Assembly: GCA_049695995.1 (NCBI GenBank)
Contig: JBAVTF010000102.1
Span: forward strand, 5,189-69,188
Length of the DNA: 64,000 nt
Source: Pirellulales bacterium
Lineage (GTDB): Bacteria > Planctomycetota > Planctomycetia > Pirellulales > UBA1268
Direction of reading: 5' to 3'
Part shown: positions 53,970-63,507 of the stretch, one piece after another
Layout: each line of letters begins with the position of its first letter
Position numbering within the stretch: the first letter of the stretch is position 1
Program-made: the position numbers and the translations under genes
Notes under the pieces: model-generated
Told to the model about the DNA's origin: nothing
The model's input: only the letters and a program-made list of their open reading frames with translations
Database searches by the model: none

Positions 53970-55090
53970 GCCTTTACCCGTCATCGGGCGGTCCTTCGAA
54001 GTCGATATCCGCGTTTCAGCGGGCTCTGAATGCCGACGTCGTTTCCTGGGCGGATGGACGACTCACAGAAGATGAGAAACTCGTCTGGGAACAGTGCCAT
54101 GTCGTCTCCGCGGTACGCACGCCCTTTCTGAGAAAGCTCGCCTATCCTTCCGGGGCGGGGCTGGCCGCTGCCGAGCACGCCATCGCAGCTAGCGACCTCG
54201 TTTCGTGCCACCTGTTTTGGAAACTTCATGCGCAGTATGCGGGCGCCATGGCTCGACGGCACGATGTTCCCTATTGGTTCGTTCCACATGGAGCCCTCGA
54301 CCCCTACGTGTTCGAATCGGACAAGGTCGCCAAGTGGGCGTTTCTGAAGGCAGGGGGTCGGCGGTTCCTCGCGGATGCGGCTGCAGTGGTGTGCGCGACG
54401 CAGAGGGAATACGACAAACTGCGCCACTTCGTTCCGCAGGCCCGTCCGGCAATCATTCCCTGGCCGCTGGCTGACTCTGACTTCCGGGAAACGGATTCGG
54501 GGCGCCGCGCTAAGACTCGCCGCATGCTCGGCATTGCCGAAGACGCCGTGGCGTTCCTGGCGTTCGGCCGCCTCGATCCGATGAAGCGGCCGCTCGAAAC
54601 GATCGCCGCATTTGCCACAGGCGCGCCAGAGACTGCGCACTTGATGCTTGTGGGAAACGAATGTGGTGTATCGCGACAAGCCTGCGAGGATCGCGCTCGT
54701 GCGCTCAACGTGTCGCAGCGAGTTCATGTGACGGGACCGGCGTATGGCTGCGCACGGCACGACTATATCGACGCCGCCGACGTGTATGTCTCGCTGTCTC
54801 GGCGTGAGAATTTCAACTTCACTGCCGCGGAGGCGCTGGCCAGCCGCTTGCCAGTGCTGCTTTCACCTGGCAATGATCTTTCCGCCGACCTGCAGGCGGC
54901 AGACTGCGGATGGTTTCTGGGCTCGCTCGAACAGGCTGCGGATGCCTTCTCACTGGCTGCACGCTCCACGCCCGAAGACCGCCGCTCCAAAGGCGATCGC
55001 GGCCGCACGTGGGCGGAAACCCACCTGCGGTTCGACACGTTCCAATCCCGTGTGTGCACCTTTGCCGCCCAGATTGCACGCCGACCGTGA
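53945..55090 (+). CDS. GT-B glycosyltransferase (GT4/GT1 family)
   Basis: MRSTIVTLSLYPSSGGPSK... and YVSLSRRENFNFTAAEALASRLPVLLSPGND. Start set at the internal ATG at 53945. Confidence 0.75.
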   Translation: MRSTIVTLSLYPSSGGPSKSISAFQRALNADVVSWADGRLTEDEKLVWEQCHVVSAVRTPFLRKLAYPSGAGLAAAEHAIAASDLVSCHLFWKLHAQYAGAMARRHDVPYWFVPHGALDPYVFESDKVAKWAFLKAGGRRFLADAAAVVCATQREYDKLRHFVPQARPAIIPWPLADSDFRETDSGRRAKTRRMLGIAEDAVAFLAFGRLDPMKRPLETIAAFATGAPETAHLMLVGNECGVSRQACEDRARALNVSQRVHVTGPAYGCARHDYIDAADVYVSLSRRENFNFTAAEALASRLPVLLSPGNDLSADLQAADCGWFLGSLEQAADAFSLAARSTPEDRRSKGDRGRTWAETHLRFDTFQSRVCTFAAQIARRP

Positions 55091-55095
55091 CCGCC

Positions 55096-55908
55096 ATGGC
55101 ACTATCCGATTGGCTCATCTGCAATCCTCGCCGGGATGAACCGCGGGTGGCGACGCTGCGACGGACGATGGACGACTTTTACCGAACGTCCACTGACTAC
55201 ACGAAGTTTCATGAACCTGCGGTGAAGTCTCGTGAGTGGGTGATGATGGATGCCACGCTCGCTGAAATCATCGCGTCCAAGGGGCATGCCCGCATCCTGG
55301 AACTCGGGGCGGGACGAACCGCCTACCTCCAGCACGTCGCCACCCGCCGACCGGCAATCGAGTTTCATTGCCAGGACGTGACGCCCGTCAACGCCGACTA
55401 CCTGCAGCAGCATGCCGACCGATTGCACGTCGGCGACATTGCGGCCCTTGATGGCGAGTATGACCTTATTTTCTCCACATACGTTCTCGAGCACGTATGC
55501 GATCCGGAGCGATTCCTTGAACACGTGGACCGGCTTCTCGCGCCAGGTGGCTGGCATTTCACGTTCAGTCCGCGATACGACACGGTTTTCTACGTATGCC
55601 CGTCGCTACGGCATCAGCCGCGGCCAGTGCAGGCGGCCGCGAACGTCCGGATGGCGATCGGCCGCATGACGGCGGCTGTCGTGCGAACCCCCCGCTTTTG
55701 GATCAACTGCGACCCCGCCGTACTGCATGCGCCATGGCGCCGCGATGCCGACGCAGTCCACCTCGTCAACAGGCACGCGATCGAAATGTGGCATCGCCAG
55801 CGTGGCTACGCATCGCAACGCCTGATGCAGACTTCGCATTCCTGGAAGGAGTGGCTGCTCGTCAGGCATCTGCTGTTGAGTAACGGGTTTCAGAAGCGCC
55901 GGAGATGA
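55096..55908 (+). CDS. class I SAM-dependent methyltransferase
   Basis: RILELGAGRTAYL (motif I) and YDLIFSTYVLEHV. Confidence 0.75.
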   Translation: MALSDWLICNPRRDEPRVATLRRTMDDFYRTSTDYTKFHEPAVKSREWVMMDATLAEIIASKGHARILELGAGRTAYLQHVATRRPAIEFHCQDVTPVNADYLQQHADRLHVGDIAALDGEYDLIFSTYVLEHVCDPERFLEHVDRLLAPGGWHFTFSPRYDTVFYVCPSLRHQPRPVQAAANVRMAIGRMTAAVVRTPRFWINCDPAVLHAPWRRDADAVHLVNRHAIEMWHRQRGYASQRLMQTSHSWKEWLLVRHLLLSNGFQKRRR

Positions 55909-55912
55909 CAGC

Positions 55913-57043
55913 GTGAAAGTCGTCATCGTCGCGGGCCCGTTTTTCAGTGTGCCGCCTGCACCGTCTGGCGCGGTGCAAAGGGTTTGGAATGACCTAGCGC
56001 CGTATTTCACCGCGCGAGGCCACGAGGTCACCATCGTCTGTCGTGACCATCCGGCGCTCCCGAAAGACATTGGTGGTGAGCGGCTTCGCTACATTCGTTC
56101 GCCGCAGTATCGCCAGACCGGACGACTTCCGATCGACTTGATCAAGGATTGTGTTTATTCCTTGGGTGTGCAGTGGCGGCTGCCCGCTGCCGACATCTAC
56201 GTACTCAACGCGTTTTGGCTGCCGGTGTTCACGCCGCGGCTCCAGGGCACACATCGCGCATACGCAGTCGCAGTTCAGCGAATGCCAAAGGGGCAGTTCT
56301 GGCTGTACCCGCGCTGCCAGCGGTTCTCCGCCGTGTCTCACGCCGTGGCGGATGCTCTGGCGAAGGAGAATCCGTCCTATGCCGCTCGAACGCGCGTCAT
56401 CGCCAACCCGATCCACACCGATGTATTCGTGCCACCGCAGCAGCGTGCCTGGGGCGATGCCCCACAGACGATCCTGTACACGGGCCGGATTCACCCGGAA
56501 AAAGGTCTGCACCTGCTGATCGATGCATTTCGGCTGATACACGAGCGGCACCCGACGACCCGCCTTCGGCTGGTTGGCCCCGTACGGGCGGCAGAGGGGG
56601 GCGGCGGCGAGGCCTTTCAAGACTCGCTGGCCCGAAAGGCCCACAGCCTTCCGGTGGAGTTTGGGGCTGCCATCAACGACCGCCCCGGACTCGCCCGTGA
56701 ACTCCAGGCAGCGCACTATTACTGCTATCCGTCGACCGCTGACGCGGGAGAAACCTTCGGCGTCGCACCGCTCGAGGCGATGGCCACTGGACTGCCCACG
56801 GTGGTGTCGGCGCTCTCCTGCTTCACCGACTTTGTTCGCGACGGCGAAAACGCCCTGGTGTTCGACCATCGGGCTCCGGACGCCGCCAACCGACTGGCGG
56901 CCGCATTGGATCGACTGGTCACGGCCCCTGCTCTACGGGAGCAGCTCAGCCGGGAGGCCGCTTCGACGGCCGCACGGTTCAGCTATGAAGCCATCGCCGA
57001 CGCGTACCTGGCGGACTTCGCATCATTGCTCGCGGCTTCGTGA
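55913..57043 (+). CDS. GT-B glycosyltransferase (GT4/GT1 family)
   Basis: GTG start. VKVVIVAGPFFSVPP... and YCYPSTADAGETFGVAPLEAMATGLPTVVS. Confidence 0.85.
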   Translation: MKVVIVAGPFFSVPPAPSGAVQRVWNDLAPYFTARGHEVTIVCRDHPALPKDIGGERLRYIRSPQYRQTGRLPIDLIKDCVYSLGVQWRLPAADIYVLNAFWLPVFTPRLQGTHRAYAVAVQRMPKGQFWLYPRCQRFSAVSHAVADALAKENPSYAARTRVIANPIHTDVFVPPQQRAWGDAPQTILYTGRIHPEKGLHLLIDAFRLIHERHPTTRLRLVGPVRAAEGGGGEAFQDSLARKAHSLPVEFGAAINDRPGLARELQAAHYYCYPSTADAGETFGVAPLEAMATGLPTVVSALSCFTDFVRDGENALVFDHRAPDAANRLAAALDRLVTAPALREQLSREAASTAARFSYEAIADAYLADFASLLAAS

Positions 57044-57053
57044 AGGGCGGGCG

Positions 57054-58124
57054 TCAGCTCGCCGTCACCCAATCGTGCCACGATCGCGGGAAGAGAATCC
57101 GACGCAGTACGGGAATCCGCCACACGATCACGGCGAATGCGAAAGAGCCGATGATCGTGGCGGCAAGTATCGCTAAGCCAATCGGCATATCTGCCCCAAC
57201 GATCGTGGGGCTCCGGAAGTTTCCCCCGAACCACGCCCGTGTGAGCCCTCGATAGACGAACATGTGGACGAGGTAGAGCGGCATCGAATACTTACCACAT
57301 GCTTCCAGGACCTTGCCCGGTACGGTCGCCAAGCCGGCCGACAGTGTCAGCACCATCGCACACGGAAACACCAGCGCGACGCCCCAGGTGAGAGGGCGAC
57401 GAATGTCGTATGTCGTGACGCTCGCTGCAGATACCCAGCCCAGCGGCACCCCGACGATCAGGGCGGCGAGCCCAAGAGCGAGAAGCGGCAGAAACCAGCG
57501 GGCCGCCGCCACCCGAGCAACCGCCGGAACCCCAAGGACACCTTTGGCCAGTTCCCCCAGCCCGAAGAAAAAGACTGCATTGAGCAGGCTGTAAGGCACC
57601 CACGCCAAGGATTCAGCGGAAAACAGCCCCGCCACCAGTAGCCAAAGACAGGCCAGGAGCACCATGGGGCGCCGAAACCATGGCCAGCGATTCGCAGCAG
57701 CCTTTATGATGCAAAAACAGAACAGGCACGGCAGGAACCACAGAAAATGCATGCCGGTCGCCGCGTGGAGCGACTGATCGTTGCCCACCAGCAATGCGGT
57801 CCAGAGGCGACGGATCACAGTGGCAGGTTCTGTGACACTCTGCATCGCCCCGAAGGCGAGGGCCCCAAGCACGACGAAGGCAGCATGCGGCACCAGATAC
57901 CGCACCGCCCGATCCCGGAGAAACTGGAGGCTCATCTGCTGGGTGTCGAGAAATGAAGACAGCAGGAAAAAGCCTTGTACGTGGAAGTAGTAGGCCAGCT
58001 GTCGCAGCCATGGAGCGTGCAACGACACCGCATCGTTGTGACCCGCGATCACCGCGAGAATGAGCACTCCTTTGATGCGATCAATCGTGCCGCGGTCTGC
58101 TGAAAGAAGCGGGGCGCTTGCCAT
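57054..58124 (-). CDS. acyltransferase family 3 membrane protein
   Basis: IDRIKGVLILAVIAGHN. About 10 TM segments. It is the only minus-strand gene in this part of the locus. Confidence 0.75.
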   Translation of the reverse strand: MASAPLLSADRGTIDRIKGVLILAVIAGHNDAVSLHAPWLRQLAYYFHVQGFFLLSSFLDTQQMSLQFLRDRAVRYLVPHAAFVVLGALAFGAMQSVTEPATVIRRLWTALLVGNDQSLHAATGMHFLWFLPCLFCFCIIKAAANRWPWFRRPMVLLACLWLLVAGLFSAESLAWVPYSLLNAVFFFGLGELAKGVLGVPAVARVAAARWFLPLLALGLAALIVGVPLGWVSAASVTTYDIRRPLTWGVALVFPCAMVLTLSAGLATVPGKVLEACGKYSMPLYLVHMFVYRGLTRAWFGGNFRSPTIVGADMPIGLAILAATIIGSFAFAVIVWRIPVLRRILFPRSWHDWVTAS

Positions 58125-58243
58125 CCTTACCTCGAGCCACTGTTGGCCCACGCGATGCACGGGGAACCGCCGCCGCCCACTCACTTTGGTGAATCGGCAA
58201 GCGATCCTAATCAGCCTGGCTCGGCCTGAGAAGCGGGTGTCTG

Positions 58244-59482
58244 TTGTTGACGCATAAGCCGACCCGCCCGCGGCTCCTCGTGATCTCGCAGGTGTATCCG
58301 CCCGACGCAGCCGCCGTTGGGCAATATTTCGCCGATGCCTGCGAAGAAATCGCCGCCCGGGGCTGGGACGTCGTCGTCTACACGTCCGCCCGAGGCTACG
58401 ACGATCCGTCTCGGCGTTACCCAGCGCGAGAACATCGCCGTGGCGTCACGATTCGCCGGCTGCCGTTTTCGAGTTTTGGGAAGCGGTCAATTCCAATTCG
58501 GCTTCTCGCCCAAGTGCTGTTTCTAACCCAGGCGGCGGTACGGATACTGTTCGCCGGCCGATTCACGAGCTTGATTGTCAGCACAAGCCCGCCATTCGCT
58601 GGCTTCTTCGGGGCGTTACTCTCGATCGTCACGCGGGTGCCGCTCACGTGGTGGGTGATGGATCTCAATCCTGACCAGATGATCGCAGCCGGCAAGCTCA
58701 ACCCGAGTGCATTTCTGGCACGAGTCTTCGACTGGATGAATCGGGTCACGCTGCGGCAGTCACGGGCTGTCGTTGTGCTGGATCGCTACATGAAGGAGCG
58801 GGTGCTTGCCAAATTGCCGGCGCATGGTGCACTCGCCCACAAGGTGCACGTGCTCCCGCCGTGGTCGCTCGATAGCCATCTGCGCTTGGAGGCCGACGAA
58901 GCCGCGGCGTTCCGACGGGACCATGGGCTGACTGATCGACTCGTGGTCATGTACTCGGGTAACCATTCCGACCAGAACCCTCTGGACACGCTCCTTGCCG
59001 CTGCCGACGCCCTTGCGGAACGCGACGACCTGAGATTTCTTTTCGTTGGCGGCGGCAATGGCAAAGCCGAAATTGATCGGCGAGTGACCGCCGGCGCCCG
59101 CAATATCGTGTCGCTTCCCTACCAGCCAATTGAACGCCTGGCCGCAACGCTCGGCGCTGCTGATGTGCATGTCGTTTCCGTCGGGAATACGATGGTGGGG
59201 ATCGTACACCCCTGCAAAATTTATTCGGCAATGGCAGTCGGCAAACCCATCCTGCTCTTTGGGCCCCAGCGGTGTCATGCCGCCGATATTCTTCACGGCG
59301 AGACTGCAGGCTGGCACGTCTCGCACGGCGATGTGGCCGCGACGGTGGCAGCAATCGAGGAAGCAGCCAGCCTCGCCCATGACGCCCGGGCCGCCATGGG
59401 GCATCGGGCGGAAGAACTGATTGCCCGCGACTTTTCGCGGCAGCGTCTTCTCCGGCAATTCGTGGAAATCGCCTGCCCATGA
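58244..59482 (+). CDS. GT-B glycosyltransferase (WcaI-like)
   Basis: RLLVISQVYPPDAAAVGQYFADACEEIAARGWDV. Non-ATG (TTG) start, so the exact start is uncertain. Confidence 0.8.
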   Translation: MLTHKPTRPRLLVISQVYPPDAAAVGQYFADACEEIAARGWDVVVYTSARGYDDPSRRYPAREHRRGVTIRRLPFSSFGKRSIPIRLLAQVLFLTQAAVRILFAGRFTSLIVSTSPPFAGFFGALLSIVTRVPLTWWVMDLNPDQMIAAGKLNPSAFLARVFDWMNRVTLRQSRAVVVLDRYMKERVLAKLPAHGALAHKVHVLPPWSLDSHLRLEADEAAAFRRDHGLTDRLVVMYSGNHSDQNPLDTLLAAADALAERDDLRFLFVGGGNGKAEIDRRVTAGARNIVSLPYQPIERLAATLGAADVHVVSVGNTMVGIVHPCKIYSAMAVGKPILLFGPQRCHAADILHGETAGWHVSHGDVAATVAAIEEAASLAHDARAAMGHRAEELIARDFSRQRLLRQFVEIACP

Positions 59483-61389
59483 CCGCCGTTCCGCCGGACA
59501 CGCGACCGCATCTCGGAGAGTGGATTTCCGGCAGCCTACTTGCGGCCGCCTGCATCGCGGCCCCGCTATGCCTGGGCGCGACCGCGCCGTGGTCGCGGTT
59601 CGCTGTGGAAGCCACAACCGCCCTCGCCGTGGCGCTCTGGGCCCTAGCAGTCCCGCACAGATGGCGAATCACGTGGGCGCCGATCGGCATCGCGACGCTT
59701 TTCATGCTGCAACTGCTCGCACTGCCCGATCAGTTGCTTGGATTTATCTCGCCCGTCGCCATGGGCGCCTGGAAGGTAGCGCTCGCGGACAGCCCGACCA
59801 CCTGGGGGCGCATCAGCGTTGATCCCGCGGCAACCGCAAGCGCGATACGGCGGCTGCTGCTGGCCGCCGGCGTCATCGTGGCGGTGCGGGATCTTGGCCG
59901 GCACACGCCGCTGCGCCGGTTGCTCTGCGGGGCGCTCTGCCTCGTATGCGTCACCATTTGGACTCTCGGCCTCGCATTCCCATTTGATCGAAAGACCCTC
60001 GTCGTGCTTGGGACTTTTGACTTCACCGGACCGATCGCGGCCGAGTCGTGGAAAACACCCGTTGAACCACCGATCAGCACGAATGGAAGCGGCAATCTGG
60101 AATGGGTCCGCGTGGGAGACCAGCGCTACGAGTCACCGATGTGGATCGCAGCCGATGCCTTCGGGCCATACATCTACGCAAATCATTTTGCCTCCGCGCT
60201 CAGCCTCACCCTACCCGTATTGCTGGGAGCGTGGCTGACTGCAACCCGACGGCGGCTGCCGAACCTGGCTCGGCATGCGCTCGCTGTCGCTGTTTTCGCT
60301 GGCGCGCTCTGGACGTCTGGGATTTTGGCGACCTCGCGCGCGGGCGCTGCGGGGCTGCTGCTCGCTGCCCTGGTGTTTGCCAGCCTTACCATCGAACGCC
60401 TGTGGGCCAGACGAACCGCAACGGCGCTCTGCATCGTTTACGGATTCGCCGTCCTGGCTTTCATGGTGATTCTGTACGGAGGCTTTCACGGGCTCGAAGG
60501 ACTTGTGCCCAACCAATACCGACCACGCGTCGCCGCCTTGCTATCGGATGGTCGTGCGCTGGCAGCCCGTACGGCCCTGAACATGTTTCTCGCAGCCCCG
60601 CTTCTTGGGTCGGGACTGGCGACATTTGGCGACCTCTTTCCGCGGCTGTTGCGGACTGACTTTCTGCTGCACTACGCCCATAACGACTACGCTCAGTGGC
60701 TCGCCGAAGCCGGTCTCGTCGGAGCAAGTGTTGCTGTTGGTTTCGTAGCGATGCTTGGCACGAGTTTTCGTCGCTGGTGGCAGACAGTGATCCGACAGAG
60801 ACGGGGTGATCCGCTTACCGCCGGCGTGTGGGCGGGACTTGCCGGTCTTGGACTCCATACCGCCTTTGATTGGAATCTTCACATTCCGGCGAACGCGCTG
60901 CTCGCGTGCGTTGCCGCTGGAATCGCCCTCGCTTCTGGAACTGCTTCCGTCGCCGATCCGGCTGCAAGCGCACTGCCACGACGGATGCTGAGGGCATGGC
61001 TACCGGCCATCGCTCTGTGTGCTGCCTGCCTGATCGCTGCAGCACTTCTCGCCCGCGATGCGGCCTCGGACGACACGCAGCGGGATTTGCGGAGAGCCAT
61101 CGTCGCAGCCCGTATTGCCACCGCAGACCCACAATCGCCGTCTGCTGACGCTGCACTGCATGCCGCGACGGCCGCTGGCGAGCAGATGTTTCGCTGGGAC
61201 TCCGCCAACGGCCGTCTTGCCGTATTGATCGGGCTGGCGAGGCTGCACCTGGCCGCGATGCCCGATGCCGCGCCATCCGAACGGGCAGCAGCCGAGGAAT
61301 GGTTTTCTCGCTCTCAACGCCGCTGCGCTGTATGCCGTGGCCTTCCGGAGCCCGTGCCAGTGCAACCGCAAGCAATCCCCTCGCCGTAA
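59479..61389 (+). CDS. O-antigen ligase-family (Wzy_C) membrane protein with about 160-aa soluble C-terminal extension
   Basis: Polytopic. ILATSRAGAAGLLLAALVF, and HYAHNDYAQWLAEAGLVG as the typical O-antigen ligase motif. The Ala-rich helical tail begins about 470 aa into the protein. Confidence 0.8.
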   Translation: MTAVPPDTRPHLGEWISGSLLAAACIAAPLCLGATAPWSRFAVEATTALAVALWALAVPHRWRITWAPIGIATLFMLQLLALPDQLLGFISPVAMGAWKVALADSPTTWGRISVDPAATASAIRRLLLAAGVIVAVRDLGRHTPLRRLLCGALCLVCVTIWTLGLAFPFDRKTLVVLGTFDFTGPIAAESWKTPVEPPISTNGSGNLEWVRVGDQRYESPMWIAADAFGPYIYANHFASALSLTLPVLLGAWLTATRRRLPNLARHALAVAVFAGALWTSGILATSRAGAAGLLLAALVFASLTIERLWARRTATALCIVYGFAVLAFMVILYGGFHGLEGLVPNQYRPRVAALLSDGRALAARTALNMFLAAPLLGSGLATFGDLFPRLLRTDFLLHYAHNDYAQWLAEAGLVGASVAVGFVAMLGTSFRRWWQTVIRQRRGDPLTAGVWAGLAGLGLHTAFDWNLHIPANALLACVAAGIALASGTASVADPAASALPRRMLRAWLPAIALCAACLIAAALLARDAASDDTQRDLRRAIVAARIATADPQSPSADAALHAATAAGEQMFRWDSANGRLAVLIGLARLHLAAMPDAAPSERAAAEEWFSRSQRRCAVCRGLPEPVPVQPQAIPSP

Positions 61390-61396
61390 CTCTTCC

Positions 61397-62374
61397 ATGG
61401 CTCGACACTTGATCATCGGCATCAGCGGCCAGGACGGCGCGTATCTCGCCCAGAACCTGGTAGCGAGCGGGGAGTACGTCGTAGGTACGTCCCGGTCTTC
61501 CTGCGCAGTCCCGTTGCCGAACCTCGTCCGGTTAGGAATTGCCGACTCCGTCCCACTGATCTCGGCTGCCCCTGCGGATGAAACAACCATCTTGGCAGCT
61601 ATTCGTGAGCACCACATCGATCGCGTCTACTTGCTCGCCGGCCAGAGTTCCGTGGGGTTGTCATTTGCCGAGCCGGTGGAGACCTACCGCGGACTCGTTA
61701 CGCCCGCGCTTACGATTCTCGATCTTCTCCGCCGTGAAGCGCCCCATGTGCGGCTTCTCTACGCAGGATCGGGTGAGGTCTTTTCACCCGACGATGGCCT
61801 CCCATTTACGGAGCACTCTCGCCACTCCCCCAAGAGCCCGTATGCCGTCGCCAAATCAGCGGCGATGACTCTCGTGGACACCTACCGCGCCGTCTACGGA
61901 ACATTTGCCTCGACGGCGATTCTTTTCAATCACGAATCGCCATTGCGGCCCACCACGTTCGTGCTGCCGAAAATTGTGGCGGCGGCCGCCCGCATGGCGC
62001 GAGGGTCTGACGAACGTCTTTCCCTTGGCGATATCGATATCGGACGAGATTGGGGGTGGGCGCCTGAGTATATCGTGGCGATGCGACGGATCATCGAACA
62101 CGACACCGCCGATACCTTCATCGTCGCGACAGGGGTGACTCATTCCATTCGCGATGCAATTACACTCATCGGGCACCACTTTGGGATCGACTTGCCGAAA
62201 CGATGTGACGCTTCGCCTGCGCTCTTGCGACCCTGTGATGCTCGTTTCGTGAGGACCGATCCGAGCAAACTACAGAAGACCCTCGGCTGGCGAGCAACGA
62301 CCTCCTTTGAACGGATCGTGAGTCTGCTGTGCGAGGCCGCGACTGCGCATCCGTCGCTGCAGGAAACACGCTGA
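61397..62374 (+). CDS. gmd: GDP-mannose 4,6-dehydratase-like extended SDR
   Basis: LIIGISGQDGAYLAQNLVASGEYVVG, SPYAVAKSAA and ILFNHESPLR. Confidence 0.8.
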   Translation: MARHLIIGISGQDGAYLAQNLVASGEYVVGTSRSSCAVPLPNLVRLGIADSVPLISAAPADETTILAAIREHHIDRVYLLAGQSSVGLSFAEPVETYRGLVTPALTILDLLRREAPHVRLLYAGSGEVFSPDDGLPFTEHSRHSPKSPYAVAKSAAMTLVDTYRAVYGTFASTAILFNHESPLRPTTFVLPKIVAAAARMARGSDERLSLGDIDIGRDWGWAPEYIVAMRRIIEHDTADTFIVATGVTHSIRDAITLIGHHFGIDLPKRCDASPALLRPCDARFVRTDPSKLQKTLGWRATTSFERIVSLLCEAATAHPSLQETR

Positions 62375-63507
62375 TGGAGCAACGCATACTATGCTCCTTG
62401 CCAACACTCCCCGATCGGAATACCGGGGGAGGCGTGCTCATTTACGAGACTCTGGTCTACCTGCTGACTCGTGGCACTGTGCGTGTCTGCCTTCCTGTGG
62501 CTCGTCATCTCCAGGATGCCTTTGTGTCGCTACGAAGCGACCCCGCACTGGCGGCCGTGCGCTGGCACCCTTTCGAAGAGAACGCATCGGCTTCGCGTAT
62601 CACACGTGGCTTACGAGTGCTCGCCCCCGCGCCGGTCGAGGTGCAGAAATTTCTGACCCCGGCAAACCTGTCGCTGCTCAGCGACGCGCGTCGCCTCTTC
62701 AACCCATCAGCTGAGCTCCTGATTTCGTCTCGTGTCATCGCCGCGTGCTCGCAGTCCGCCCTACCCGCGAACGTTCGGCTGTACATGCTTGACATAGACC
62801 CGAGGATCATCCGTTATGACGGCCCCTCGTGGCCGAAGCGCCTTGCCACAGCGATCGAGCGACTCAAGGTAGACCGGCTGTGTCGGAAAGCCTTGGCTTA
62901 CGCCGGCCGAGTCGGTGCGATCTCACAGGCCGACGTGCCTGAACTGAACCGCATGAGGAAGCGTGACGACGTTCGCCACGTACCACCCCTTATGAGACCT
63001 CAGCCAGCGGACCGTCAAAACGTCGATAAGGGTCACGTCCTCATCACAACCAACTTTGGCTATCAACCCAATGTGGCGGCGCTGCGGTGGTTTCTGCAGA
63101 TGTGTTGGCCGCATGTAGACAGCCGCGCATCGCTCACGGTGACTGGCATAGATGTCGGTGACTCGCTCAAGCGGCTGTGCGAGGCCCACGAGCGAGTCAC
63201 CTACGCCGGATGCCTGCCTCGCCCGCAGCTGGATGCGATGTATGGCCGCGTGAGCCTCGCGGTAAACCCCACTCGCAGCGGCAGCGGCTTTCAGATCAAG
63301 CTGCTTGACGCTCTTGCTCGTGGCGTGCCGATCGTCTCGACGGCCTTTAGCAATCGGGTCGGGGCAGCGATCGCCAGTAGCGACGACCCCGTGGAACTCG
63401 CCCGCTTGATCAATGCCCGACTGATCCCCGGCGCGACGCCGACGTTCGACTATACGGCGTTCTACGAGACCGCCATTCGGTCGTGGGATTCCTTTCTCTT
63501 TGAATGA
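62374..63507 (+). CDS. GT-B glycosyltransferase (GT4/GT1 family)
   Basis: SLAVNPTRSGSGFQIKLLDALARGVPIVSTAFS. The start overlaps the gmd stop (TGATG). Confidence 0.7.
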   Translation: MEQRILCSLPTLPDRNTGGGVLIYETLVYLLTRGTVRVCLPVARHLQDAFVSLRSDPALAAVRWHPFEENASASRITRGLRVLAPAPVEVQKFLTPANLSLLSDARRLFNPSAELLISSRVIAACSQSALPANVRLYMLDIDPRIIRYDGPSWPKRLATAIERLKVDRLCRKALAYAGRVGAISQADVPELNRMRKRDDVRHVPPLMRPQPADRQNVDKGHVLITTNFGYQPNVAALRWFLQMCWPHVDSRASLTVTGIDVGDSLKRLCEAHERVTYAGCLPRPQLDAMYGRVSLAVNPTRSGSGFQIKLLDALARGVPIVSTAFSNRVGAAIASSDDPVELARLINARLIPGATPTFDYTAFYETAIRSWDSFLFE

